A DNA stretch of 64,000 bases, from contig OU015569.1 of assembly GCA_907165135.1 (NCBI GenBank), positions 4,092,001 to 4,156,000 on the forward strand, read 5' to 3'. Every line of letters begins with the position of its first letter. Position 1 is the stretch's first letter. This document shows, in pieces, positions 1 to 12,393 of this stretch. Below the pieces are notes generated by a model. That model made no database searches and was not told where the DNA came from. It saw nothing but the letters and a program-made list of their open reading frames with translations. The position numbers and the translations under genes were made by a program. Source of the DNA: Oikopleura dioica. Its lineage: Eukaryota > Animalia > Chordata.

Positions 1-1056
1 AAAGCAATAACCCAGAATAAGTGTTCTACTTTTTGAAAAAGAATTAAGCTGAAAGTTGATGTGTCTCTTGATTTTGTTTTTGATTTTTCGGTTTGAAAGT
101 GTATTGTCTGAGAGAACAGCGGGGCGGCTTTAACCGTCGCAGCGGCAGAAGATGGCGCCAAATGTGGACGCAAATTCAGGTCGACCGATGCTATCAAGCG
201 TCACACTTGGCACAGTTATCGACTCCATCACCTGCCTTATCAATTTTACGCCTCACACATTCTACTAGGATTATTCTGATGGCCTACAATCTGAATGTTA
301 TTTAGGTCTTCTTCAGACAATTGTAATCATTTCACGGCTAGTAGCCTACTGCCAGTAAAGTATGCAGTATAAAGTTTCTAATAAAAAATGGATACCAATT
401 TCTTTCTTGTAAAAAGCATTGATATCTGTCGAATTAAACGATTTATGTATGAATCTATTGCATGTAAAAAGGAGAATTGACAATTTGAAATTGTCTTTTA
501 TATTTGTAGATATGGCAATAGAAGATATTATGGCAGTTATTTTCGTGCCACCATCCGAGAATACTTACTTACTTGTAAACCGTAAATCATTTAATCAAAT
601 CTGAAATCAAAAGTTTTTGATGCATGAAGCAAACAACCGGTGTCTACCCTAGAAATTGATCAGCAGAGCGATGAACCGATTTTTCAGAAGCCCCTTGGAC
701 CGAAGCGAAGCCATTCACTCAACCGATTCCCACTGTGAGATCGACTCGTGGAAGATGACCTGATTTACAAATGTAATTACAATTGATACTTTTACTGCCT
801 GGTTAGATTTTATAAAAATAGTGAGCAGCTATCATATTTTATAACAGGAACGTTTGAACCTATTGAACTCAAATTCGATTCAAAGAATCAATTCAAAATC
901 TGATTTTCAGTTCTCGAGTAGCCACCAAATTTCCGGTAGATTTTAATCTCGTTGTTGCTAAAATGGGAACGTAGTCTTCTTCATTTCGTTATTCTTAAGT
1001 TTCTTTTTTAAGTTTTTTACGTTTATTAATTTTTCTTGAGTTATAATTGATTAATT

Positions 1057-2608
1057 ATGTCAGACGACAAAAGAATGATTCAAGAAGAGATGGCTAAAAA
1101 AGAGAATGAGAAAGATGCAAGAAGGAGGTCGACTGCTAAGTGTGCTTCGATCACCCGCATTGTTGTTCTTGTTGTTGTTTTCTTCTCGTTCGGTGTTGGG
1201 ATTTATTAGAGCAAAAGTTAAGATGTTTAAATGATAAAAACAAAACCCACAAAGTGCTGTTCTCGGATTTTATGGACCCCTGATTCAGAAAGATACGTCG
1301 CTTCTTTTTGCTAGTGGACGAACTGTTCCGTTTGTAGACAGATATAGACTCAGCCATGAGAATCTGCCGTTGGAATGGTTTCATGAAGACATCTGTTTGA
1401 ACCACTCAAATGCCGACTGGGCGCTAGAAGGTAGAGTCATTGGTGGCAGCGACGGCGATATCAAAGACCATCCCTGGCAAGTATCGATTCAGTTCCGTCA
1501 AGATGGCCCAGGAGAGTTTCCATTCCAACATTTTTGTGGTGGAGCAGTCATTGCTCCAAGCGAGGATTAAAAATTTTTAATCATTTTTTATCATTTGATA
1601 ACTTTTTGAACAATTTTTTAAATCTCTTGTTTTTCATCCAGTCGAAAGTTTTGTCCTATCCGCTGCTCACTGCTTTGAAGGCGATTTGAAAAGTTGGAAA
1701 ATTTGGCCGAAGCTTTCAATTCTTGCTGGAAGTACTAAAACGAACATAGGATTGAGCCAACTCGCAGACTTGATCGGCGTTCAGACACGGAAGATAAATG
1801 CGGTGGAGATTCATCCGAGATGGGACAGCAAAACCTTTTACTATGATTTCGCACTTCTTATGCTCGACGAGAAACTTGTCTATCGCTATGGAGCACACGC
1901 AGTTCGACCGATTTGCATGCCGAAGTTAAACGAACAAGGATGGGCTTTCATATCTCATTTTAAAATGTGTCCTGAGACTATAGACTGAATAGCCTGAAAA
2001 GAAAATCATGATTTAGAGATTCTGCGCTTTCTCAAGACACATTCCATGACATGCAAGATTGCTGGCTGGGGCGTTACCGTAGCCGATGGACAAACTGCAA
2101 GTGAAAGGACTGGTTCAAGTTATCAAAAATCGCATATTTTTTCTATTCGTGTTCTTGACCATTTTCAAGCCTCAAAGTAGCGGATTTGCCATGGATTGAG
2201 TCCGGTCAATGCCAGAGATTGTTCAATCAAATGCGAAACTTGAATACGAGAGTCAGAATCCAAGATTTCCAGCTGTGTTTTGGCGTACTCGCTGGAGGAA
2301 CTGATGCGTGTCTAGGCGATTCTGGGGGCTCACTGTCATGTGAAATCGACGGCGTGCCTTTGAGTCTTGGCGTTGTAAGCTTTGGAATCGGTTGTGCCAA
2401 ACAAGGACATCCTGGAGTCTACGCCAGAACTTCATATGCAGCTGACTGGGCCATAAAATCCATGAAAAAGATGAACAACCTGAAGTTACGAAAAGGGTTC
2501 AGCGTTCCCCAACACTGGCAGAAAAGAGCTGAGTGCATGGACGAAGCAAATAGAAACACGAGAGCATGCAACGATCTTCTTCTACTTATGGGGAATGAAA
2601 CAAGTTAA
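1057..2608 (+). CDS. Type II transmembrane trypsin-like serine protease (S1A), 5 exons
   Basis: ATG 1057 MSDDKRMIQEE, then a hydrophobic segment IVVLVVVFFSFGVG. Activation site R|VIGG; catalytic motifs LSAAHC (His), YDFALLML (Asp), GDSGGSL (Ser). GTDAC suggests trypsin-like S1 Asp. Introns about 1200-1254, 1560-1641, 1939-2016, 2108-2169. Confidence 0.9.
1200..2169 (+). other. Four consecutive non-GT-donor introns (GA-AG, GC- or GG-AG, GA-AG, GA-AG)
   Basis: Frame and trypsin-motif continuity require donors GATTTA (1200), a non-GT donor near 1560, GATGGG (1939) and GACTGG (2108). Confidence 0.75.
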
Positions 2609-2940
2609 GGTTATCAGGGATGTAATTTATTTTCCAAATTGCATCGTAGAAATAGTTGAACAATTGATTCACATCCCCGACAGTGGCCAACATTCATCAC
2701 ATCGTCCGCCAATTTTATCAATAATTTATGTTCCTCTGCTTTCAATAATGTTATGTTCAACCTTTTAACATCTCAGTATGTATTACTGTTACTCGAAATA
2801 AAACTCATAGAAAGACAGAATTTCTTGCGTTAGTATTAAGACAAGTAAAAATTGTCTTAATGTCTTTGTTCATGAAGACGGAAATACTTTATTTCACATA
2901 TAAGCAGGGCAGGAAAGGAGAAAAAAGGACATAATAGCAG

Positions 2941-4264
2941 TTACAAGAGACCAGCCATTTCTGCCATAAAATTTTCATATGCTTTATCTTGATTCTTTGG
3001 CGGAGCTGGCTTAGCGACGGGTGGAGCAGGACGCGTCGACAGAGCCCTCGGCGTAAGTGCAGCATTGCTTCTTTTGTTTCCCCTCAATGAGCTCGGCATG
3101 AACATGGTATTTTGAGCTAAACTTTGTAAGGAAATAAATTACAAAATAGAATCACTTTTTGGACGGTTAATAACTGGTGCGGCCGAGAGCGTTTTTTGAT
3201 GGGTGGCTGACAACTTTTGAGCGCTCTCTGTGGCTCCTTTTGGTGCGTTGTAGGACGTTGGAGCAGATGAAATGTCTGGTGCCATTAAGCCCGTTGCGGG
3301 AACAGCTGGACGCATGAACGCTGCTTGTGCTGCAAATTGAGGAATTCCAGCAGATATTGGCTATGGATCAGTAAACGAACTATTCTATTCGGTAGTTCTT
3401 ACCATAGCATGCGCTTGCATAGCCGCGGCAGGATCAACAGGCCGAGGGTGGAATTGAACAGCATAAGGATTCCTCGTTCGATTATCGAGCGGAGGAATTC
3501 CAGGAGGTGGAGGAGGAGGATTTTCTTCTTCGCGCTCTCGAGCTTCTTGTCCGGCCAGAGCCAGAAGAGTGTTTTGAATCGTGCTGTCTTTCTGCGATGG
3601 CCGTTTATATCTCTTCTTTTCTAAAAATTGTTACAAAGAGTAAATTGGTTAGTTTATACCTGGTGGAGGCCCGGGAGGAGGGCCAGGTGGCCCAGAGGAC
3701 GCGCGAGAGGATGATGATGCTCCCATTCGTGGGGGAAGACCCATTGGCAAGGGGATCCCAGCGATGCCCGAGTCCGGAAGAGGGGCATCTGGAAGTGGAA
3801 TTTGGTCAACGGACCAGTTCTTTGCTTTCAATACAGCTTGGTACAAGCTTTGTTTTCTTTCTCTTTCTCGCTCATATTGATTGTAGTCATCTTGGTACTC
3901 TTTCCAAGTGTCCATTTTTCCGGCAGTTTTGTAGTACTCTAGAATCTGAAACGAAAGATCATCTACCGAGTCATCTTCAGTTTAGAACCTTGAAATAAGT
4001 AGCTTTCATTCGTTGCCGTTTTTCTTGCATGACTCTGTCGGCGTAAGGACATTCATTTTCAGCGTCGAATTCGAGATCGTCAAGTTTGGATAGCTCATCG
4101 AGGACTGAGTTTGGATTCTTGCTTTTGATGACTGCCTCGCGCACTGCTTCTCGCTGTTTTTTGTGCTTTTTGAGTTGCTTCTTTCGCTCCTCTTTCCGCG
4201 CCTGGTCAGTGGGGTTCATGTACTTTCCGCCCTTCGTAGAGGAGGTTTTCCGATTGCCCCCCAT
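2941..4264 (-). CDS. WBP11: WW domain-binding protein 11 (splicing factor SIPP1/NpwBP)
   Basis: N-terminus TSSTKGGKYMNPTDQARKEERKKQLKKHKKQR matches the Wbp11 family. Central proline-rich PPGPPPGPPP tracts. C-terminus DKAYENFMAEMAGLL* resembles the human ending; stop at 2941-2943. Confidence 0.92.
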
Positions 4265-4552
4265 CTTCCCCGAATAAAACTCTATAAAAAGGCAACTCAG
4301 TCGAAGTAAACCAATAATATTAACGAGAAGATTAATGGTTTAGCAAAGTCCTATTTCAAATTTTAACGTTTATTGGAACAGTTTTTGTCACAAAGGAGTG
4401 AATATTGTTGAACTCGACATAAAGTCGGAATAAATAGATCTAGCTGGAATGGGGAATTCCATCGCCAACTGTTTTAAACCAGTAGGGGGGAGCTTTTGAT
4501 GTTGTTTTAGGAGGTGAACAGATTTTTGGACAGAACAGATCTGGCTCCAGAA

Positions 4553-5244
4553 TTACTGGCAGTGGCCGTCCATGACTTCGCCGAAGACGGAGAAGATACC
4601 AGGGCCCTCGAGCGAGTCTTGCGAGCCAGAGTTGGCGATCAAAAGACAGAGGAGGCAGAAAGCAGCGTATGGCTTAGCCCATGTAGACTGGAGTTCTTCT
4701 TCGAGGCCCCAGACGTTGTGTCGTCTTAATTCGCTCGTTTTAAAGCATATATTTGGAGTGCTTATTTACCGGTATCGCTCGACGTTGGCCTTGAAGAGTC
4801 GAGGGTAAAAGTAGGCGGCTTCGTAGACGTCTTCGGTGAACCAGGAGCTCTGCTTCTGGAAGGGGTGGTAGACGGTAGCTAAATTGGTTAGAGTAAACGC
4901 CAACTCGGATTTCCCTGATTGTTACCCTTCTTTCGTCGGGCTTCGTACTCGTCAGCTCGCGAAAGAGCGGTCTTGAGGACGTGCTGCTCCCAGCCATCGA
5001 TGTCTTAATTATCGGTGTTAAAGGTCGATTCTACTACTGATGAATTACCCTTGAGCTGAGCGATGTGGGCGGCTTCGTTTCGCTTGGCAACCATCTCGGC
5101 GAAGGCAGGGGTGTCAGCAGGAATGTCCTGGTTGAAACCGAAGCCGTAGGTCTCTTCGTACTTGTCACCGACGAGAGATGGTGGAACACCGGCCGGGGTG
5201 GCGGCAAATCGCACAGGAACGGAAAGAACCCTTCGAGCCAGCAT
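4553..5244 (-). CDS. Uncharacterised, probably mitochondrion-targeted small membrane protein (4 exons)
   Basis: N-terminus MLARRVLSVPVRFAA is Arg-rich and acid-free, like a presequence. GT-AG splicing gives in-frame exons AQLK|DIDGWEQHVLK...RRKK|..VYHPFQKQSSWF..ERYR|..NVWGLEEELQSTWAKPYAAFCLLCLLIANS..GHCQ*. Family not recognised. Confidence 0.6.
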
Positions 5245-6093
5245 TCTAAGAAAGAAAACGTTTAAGTCGAGAAAACTCTTTTTGAATCAGACAGGAATTT
5301 CAACAAACAATACTCAGCCAAGCTCTAGAAAATTGCTAAATCGGCTGAAATATAATCTCTGTGAAGAATAGGAATATTAACTAGTAGCTTTATATCATCT
5401 TATAGCTTTAATCATTTTTTGTTAGCTTCTATAATTGACTGTAATTGAATTAATTTAACGTTTATTATCGAGCACAAAGATATTTCCTCAAAAGAAAATC
5501 GCCCTGGAATTTCAAGAAGGAAGTGAAAAAGGGAAAATACTAATTGCGGAATATTACTCAAATTTTTACGCAAACTTTAAATTTAAAAGGAAGGAGGATT
5601 TCGAGACGCGAGAAGTTTATGATAAAGCAATTGAATGATAAAATATATTTTTTAACAAAACTAGAGATGACAATTTTTCGGAGCCTGAGAAAGACGAGTA
5701 CAGTAGATTCTTCTTGCAAGTGATCTCTACCCGAAAGGGCTTGGATGGCTCATTCCGAAACGGCGCTTTCTGTCTCGATTTTCTCGCCGCCTACGCAAAG
5801 GGCCAATGAGCGCTCTTCTAGCCAAAAATCAAGTCGATCTCAATGAGAAGAACATTCTATCAGCACAATAATGCAATCATCCCTGGGCATTACTGGTAGT
5901 TTTCCTGAAGACAGAATCAAGACTGAACCACCAGTTGAGAGCAACAGTCAACAACCAAAAATTAATGACGAGGAAATGGGTGCAAATCTTAAATTTTCTA
6001 CCCCTATTCTAGCGGTCACCTATTGCTCACTACCAGAGTACAGTGATCACTTATTCTCATCCAGGTTAAAAGAAAGAAGAGGAAGAAACTACG

Positions 6094-6703
6094 ATGAAGA
6101 AAATCAAGAAAGTGCGAGGCGACCTGGTCCGAGTGCTCCAAAACGACTCTCAGAAATACTTCAGGAGTAAGAATTTCTTAGCAGCTGGTAGTCAATTGAC
6201 GGATAGCGCTTAGGATGTACTTCGTGGGCAGATTTGACCTGAACAAGCTAAACAACGAACTTGCGAGCATTTTAGACGAACGAAGCACCCCTCAACACAA
6301 CATTCTCATGTCTCTTCTGGTCGGAGATAAAGCAACAATTAAAGATAGCAAGGATATTGTCACAACTTCTAGAGGTAGATTCATTCTCTAGAATTATGGC
6401 TATTTACTGTGCGTTTTAGATATTGCGCGAATTCGCGGCTGCAAAAGAGCAAGACTAGCGAAAGAAGTGGAAGTTTCAAAAGCATGGCAGCCGCCAGCTG
6501 GGAACACGCTGGCACAGACGATTCTAGTGGGCACTTTCGCTGAAGGACTCGAAGGAGTAAACGAAGAGGCCTTTAATTTGATCGACTCGGCGCTGCAAAT
6601 TTATATTCAGCGAATACTCGCGAACGGAATTGAAGAAACGCTCGCTAAAGAACCCTCCCTGCCAAACATTGAGCTCTACGCTGCTTCTCTCGCTGATATT
6701 TGA
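6094..6703 (+). CDS. TADA1: TADA1-like SAGA subunit (histone-fold); true 5' end uncertain
   Basis: Spliced KVRGDLVRVLQNDSQKYFRTLRMYFVGRFDLNKLNNELASILDERSTPQHNILMSLL resembles the TADA1 N-domain. AQTILVGTFAEGLEGVNEEAFNLIDSALQIYIQRIL resembles human [36 protein letters not shown]. Confidence 0.65.
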
Positions 6704-6753
6704 ACAATTTACTGATCAATCCTGTTAGTTAACGATTTTCTTTATTTCCTAGC

Positions 6754-8150
6754 ATGCTCTCGGGCTTCATCGAAGGCATCATCGGACTGATCTTCTCGCT
6801 GTTTCAATCCGTCGCTACAGGCATTATTCAGCTCTTTTTCCCACAGCTAAGCGAGGTTCACAAGCATTTTCAAGAAAACTGGAAAAGATATGCCACTTTC
6901 GCTTTATACGCCTTTCTGACGGCCTCACTTCTGGGAGGATTGTTCCTCTTTTGCTTGCTACTCGCCTACTTCTTCAACTCGTGGCTCTCTTTCGGGATGC
7001 AAATCCAGCGAATTGACGTTGACTTTGACATGGCTCGCGAAAACGGGCTCAAGTGGGGATACGAGTAAGTATTTACTTTACCTTGCCTGCTGTTAAAATT
7101 CGATTCAGAGCGCCAACAATGGAGGACTCTCAATTCGAGGAGTATCTGAATGAGTTCATTCTTTCGAAGGAAAGTGCAAGCTCGTTCGTACGCGATAGGG
7201 ACTCCTCGCGCTATCATCACTACGAAGATGACGACTCTTACAGCGAATTTATTGACACTATCAAGGTTTTCGTTCGCCACTAGATCATTTTCGAAAAGTT
7301 TTTCGTAGAGATCGAAGAGGGAGATTTACAAACTGAAGAACAAGCTCAAATCGCAGGCTGCAGATTCGATGCGATGTGTTCAGAAAGCGTCAATTCCCTC
7401 TGCTTTGAGTCAAGGAGTCGAGTTTTCCATGAGCATTTCTTTCGTAACACCAGAATCGCATTATCAGAGGCTCGAAGCGAACACGCCTCTGCAAGTTGTA
7501 ATAGGTAAGACAAAATGACGCTAGAGTCTAGCGCTAGACAGTAAAAATCTAACAATCCTTTTTCATCAGGAGATCAAACAATTATCAAGCCGATTCCAAC
7601 GCCTTCCCGTTCATATCTTCTCTCAACCTTCCGAACGATCTTCTATTCTCCGTATTTGATTCTCGGGCTAATGCCGGAAACGAACGACATCGAAATTTCG
7701 CTTTACGGAGGCGCAAACAAGCCTTTCAAAAGCTCAGTTACCGAGCAATCAATCGAACTGATTGTCGAGTCCTGTGATTTACAAATTCTCGATGCGACAT
7801 TGTTGGTAACTCCGACCATCTCCTGGTTTCAGTCTGCTCTGGGTCGCTTTCCACTTCTCTCTCTTTTCTTCACAGCTTCAGTTTTTAACGGCCTCGGTAA
7901 GCCAATTTTGCATCACTTGAATAATCTGCCTCTGTAAGTGTTAATAGCTATTTCTGCCTCTGGGTTGGTCTACGTCCATCTTTCGTCGAAGTCCTCCGAA
8001 AAACCGACAAAAAGAACAAGCTCTACTAAAGATCCAAACTCGAACGTAGAAAACATCTCAACTGTTCCTGACTCTCTCTTATCGGAGCGAAAGAGCTTCC
8101 GACAAGACACTGATTCTTGGTCGGAATGTTCCGACTCGCCTGTTTCTTGA
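6754..8150 (+). CDS. BSCL2: Seipin (lipid droplet biogenesis protein)
   Basis: Two TM segments flank a luminal domain. LSQGVEFSMSISFVTPESH resembles LMYGQPYRVTLELELPESP; SRSYLLSTFRTIFYSPYLILGLMPETNDIEISLY resembles [42 protein letters not shown] resembles LLYNFPMTC. Confidence 0.8.
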
Positions 8151-8496
8151 TTCGCCCTTTTCTTATTTTTTAACTTAATGCAAAGCCATGATTTACTTGA
8201 TAATTTAGTAGGTTCTGTAATTTAGCTTAGCTATAAAGTCGCTTTACATTAATTACCCGAAATGCCAACAAAACAATTTCCAAATCATTAATTACGATTA
8301 AATGATTTGCGCTCTAGTTATTATGCTAAAGGCATAATTATGCCCCCTTTTCCCGCCACAGATAAAAATTTCTTCCTGCTGTTCTACCTATCGCTCTGTC
8401 TACCTTCAAGCTAACTACGTAGCTTAGAACTCAACCATTCTATTCCCTTCAAGACAAAATTGATTCTGACGAAGTCTGTTCTAATTTACCTTAGAA

Positions 8497-9755
8497 ATGG
8501 ACTTGAAAAAGTTCGCTTCTTTGCCTTCGATCGAGGCGGTGGATGACGATTCAGCTTCTTCCCCTGTGCTGGATGACATAAAAGTAACGAATTGTAAGAT
8601 GGCCTGTCCATTCTATTATTCATTTACCTAGAATTAATACAGGCACACACGACGCTGTTAGTCTTCGCTGGCAGTCGCTTCCTGGCCAGAATACTTACGT
8701 TATTGAAGAGAGGGATTCATACGGCATCGGACGCGTTTTCGTTGGCCACTCGACAGAATGTACGCTCAGGGGATTAGAGCCGCTCTCCCAACACGAATAC
8801 AGGTATTCTCGAGTTACTCATTTCCATATTTGATCATAAACATCTAGACTTAAAATCCAGACGGAGCAAGGGACACTGACGAGTGGATGGATGAATGCTT
8901 TCACGACAAAAGAGCCGGTCGGCGTGGATCATCTAATTCGCGCCTGTCGTGCTTCAGACACCTATCGCCTGAGCGTGTTACTAAAAGAACTCGGAGAAAA
9001 AGGATCAAATAAGAAGCTTCAAATCCTAAACTCAATGGACGCGAAGGGACACACTGCTTTGATGGAATGTTCGATCGACGATTTCGCTGACGGGGCGGCG
9101 ATGCTGATCGAGCACAACTGCGACGTCAACATTCAGAACTACGACGGCAAATGCGCACTGACGATCGCGGCGCAACACGGCCACACGCAAATGGTCAACC
9201 TCTTGCTCGAGAACGGCGCCAATTTGGCTTGTCGTGATCGCAGCGACTCCAACTTGCTCTTCAGTGCGACGGATCATGCGGGTGTCCTGCGAATCATTTT
9301 GAGAGAGAAAGTGATCGACGTTAACGAACGGAACAGCTCGGGTTGGACGCCGTTGCACAAAGTCGCTTCTGTTAACTTGACCGAGTCGGCGACGAGCTGC
9401 ACGAACCTGCTCATCCGGGCCGGGGCCGATGTTAACGCCAAGGATGCAAATATGAACACTCCTCTCTGTCTAGCTGTCATTCAGAGCAACTACGACGCCT
9501 GCAAAGTCCTGCTCGATAATGGCGCCGACCCAACGATCCTCAATGAGAACGGAAACTCGCCTCTCAAACTTGCCGAAGCGCTGCAGGAAAGGGTTTTCAT
9601 TTCCTCTCTTTCTTTTCAAAATTAGAATTGACCGTAGTAAACTCGAAAAAGAACACCAAAGGCGCCATGTCACGATCAGTAACGTCGCTCTTCCAGTCCG
9701 CCCTTGGAGGATTCTAGTTTTTCAACCAACCAATATTTTTCCTACTTTACTTTAA
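8497..9755 (+). CDS. FANK1: Fibronectin type III and ankyrin repeat domains 1; last exon uncertain
   Basis: Exon 8633-8801 encodes an FN3-like segment (VSLRWQ...GHSTECTLRGLEPLSQHEYR). It is followed by AFTTKEPVGVDHLIRA (human VSTTREPISSEHLHRA) and 5-6 ankyrin repeats including SGWTPLHKVASV. Confidence 0.85.
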
Positions 9756-10357
9756 TATCTATTTTCATAATAAAATAATAGCTATTCCCTTCACAATTTT
9801 CGCCAGCCGCAATCTCTCTACTTCAAAACTCCATTTCTCATTTTTTATCACGTCTCTTTACAACGGTTTTAGTTTCTAGAACTAGGATTAAATTTTATTT
9901 TTTTTTTCGAATTTCATTTTTGGTTTTAGCGCGTCGCCGCGGCAAAGGAGCGTGGGCGGAATACGCGCTGCCCAATTCAAAAAAGCCCGAGACGAAAAAA
10001 CATTCCCTAAGCCAGAGACCTTTTCTCTCAGAAAAACACGAAGCCCATCATCTTTCAATTTGGCTCCAGTTTCGTATAAAATTGTTGTTATTTTTGGTCT
10101 TTGGTAGTTTTAAACTTTGCTTTGAAATTCAAATTATTGGGCGAATTTTTATTCAAATTGATTAGTATGGAGTTTTTAGTATAATCGATAAATATTTCTC
10201 GATATGAATGTCGTTCACTAAAATTTTAGGTGGATGAGAATCATCTTAGATAAACTGTTCTTCTTCTGAAAGGTTTCATTAACTACTGGCTTTGCTTCCT
10301 TTTAATATTTTTGGATGAAGAGCTTATCTGACCGCATTTTTCTTGTAGAGGTCGAGA

Positions 10358-10931
10358 ATGTTGAAGGCCGCCACTCGAGTCAGCAAAGTTGCTCTTCGAA
10401 GCGCCGCGGAGATTCCTGAGGGAGCCATGGCCTTCTCATTCGCTTCTCCCCACGAGGTAAGCCTTCAAACTTTGTCGTTCTCTGTTCATGTGAGATTCAA
10501 GGAGTTCTACACCGCCGACATCACCATCAAGCAGGTCGACATTCCCACCACCACTGGCATGATCGGTGTCCTCCCTTCCCACGTCCCCACCTTCGGCACC
10601 CTCGCTCCCGGTGTCATGACCGTCATCTCTGAGGCCAGCACCTCCAAGTTCTTCATCAGGTGAGTCTCTCTTTTTCCAAAGAAAAGCAAAGACCGATTGG
10701 TTAGCTCTGGCTCCTACACCGTCAACCCTGACTCCTCTGTCTCCGTCATTGCTGAGGAAGGTGCCGCTCTCTCCGACTTCGACAAGGAGGTGAGAATCTC
10801 AGTCCGCTAGCAGGATAATTCTAATGTCTAAATTTTAGGCTGCCCAGCAGGCCTTGAACGCCGTGAACACCTCCACTCCCGAAGGCGAGATCGAAGCCGC
10901 TGTTCTCTCTGACCTTGTCGCCAACTTGTAA
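10358..10931 (+). CDS. ATP5F1D: Mitochondrial ATP synthase F1 delta subunit
   Basis: FSFASPHE|EFY...KQVDIPTTTGMIGVLPSHVPTFGTLAPGVMTV...KFFI|SSGSYTVNPDSSVSVIAEEG; 4 exons with GT-AG introns; stop 10929-10931. Confidence 0.95.
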
Positions 10932-11260
10932 ACGATCCTTATATTTAACATCACTCTCGTAATCATTAACAATGATTCCTTCCCACAACAACACCAACAT
11001 GAGAAGCTCAACGCTCCGACCATTCTACTCTAGTTAAATTATTCATTTACGTATGTAAATGTAAAGTTCTGTCAAGTCCGAGAAAAGAAATCTTATTTAT
11101 TGATTCCAATTCAACTGTTCCCTGGAATAAAAACATTGGAGACAAACTTCAAATACACCTCGCTTTCTTGATCCTAACAGTTTCATTTCGGTTACGAGAA
11201 CTCAATTATTTGTTCTGAAAATACTGGGGCATTTTTGACGGAAAAATGATTTAGAGGAAA

Positions 11261-12219
11261 ATGGACGCAGACGCAGGAGCCGAATACTTGGCTTCCATTT
11301 TCGGAACGGAAAAGGATAAGTGAGTATCGCAGTCAACTAGAGCAGCCTTGTTGAGATTGTTGCTTAGGGTCAACTGCTCCTTTTACTTCAAAATCGGCGC
11401 CTGTCATTACGGAGATCGATGCTCGCGTTTGCACAACAAACCAACCTTCTCGCAAACGATGTTGTTGCAAAACTTGTACCGTTCGCCGATCTTGGACGAT
11501 GACAGCGGTATGCTCTATTTAAACGATCAAAATCAATGCTCTTTTCAGGCCAGCAGATCACCGAAACCATGCTTCAAAAGCATTACGATGAGTTCTACGA
11601 AGAGGTATTCTTTGAGATCGAAGACAAATACGGCGAAATCGAAGAGATGAATGTTTGTGAGAATCTCGGTGATCATCTCGTTGGCAATGTTTACATCAAG
11701 TTCTACAGGTCTGTCGATTGTTTTCTTCTTCGCCTGAGCTTTTGCCTAGGGAGGAAGATTGCGAAAAGGCAGCTGAAGGAGTGAATGATCGCTGGTTTGG
11801 ATGTCAGCCCATTGTGGCCGAGCTCTCTCCCGTCACAAACTTTAGAGAGGTAATAAAATTATATAATATTCCGACTGTTGTTATTCTTTGCTAAGTACCA
11901 TTATCTTATCTAGGCCTGCTGTAGAGACTACGAGATGGGAGAGTGCACTCGTGGTGGCTTTTGCAACTTCATGCACCTTAAACCGATCTCGAAAGATCTA
12001 CGAAAGAAACTCTATGCAAAGAAAGATAGACACAGAGGATACAACCCCGATAGACGGCGAGGAGGTCGTTCCAGATCTAGGTAATCTGAAAGTTAAAGAT
12101 AACGAGGTAACACTGACAATAAAAGATCTCCTGGTCGAAGACGAGATCGCGACCGCGGTGGCCGAGGTGGCCGAGGAAGACGCCATCAACCTGACTTGGA
12201 TTGGTCGCTCAACTACTAA
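11261..12219 (+). CDS. U2AF1: U2 snRNP auxiliary factor small subunit (U2AF35)
   Basis: [13 protein letters not shown]|[29 protein letters not shown] (ZnF1); [28 protein letters not shown]; ZnF2 [21 protein letters not shown]; RS/RG tail. Confidence 0.97.
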
Positions 12220-12393
12220 GATTCATCATTGTTTCCATTCTAAGCTCGACTCAATGGACCGAGACACAATTTTAGTAAAATTTTAAATGCTCTGCACTGT
12301 CACCTACTATCCAAAAATTTAGTAGTCGTCTATTTGATTTTATAGTAGAAAGAAGTCAGTTTAATTGAGTGATTCTTTCAGATCTAAATTAGA

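Noticed and set aside
1-1000. Short ORFs 93-305 and 419-604
   Set aside because: AT-rich with no recognisable motif or consistent exon structure; treated as intergenic.
5660-6060. Coding-looking segments upstream of the TADA1-like gene (including ORF 5871-6170)
   Set aside because: No splice model gave a stop-free frame joining them to TADA1 with credible acceptors. They may be real exons, but I cannot support a model.
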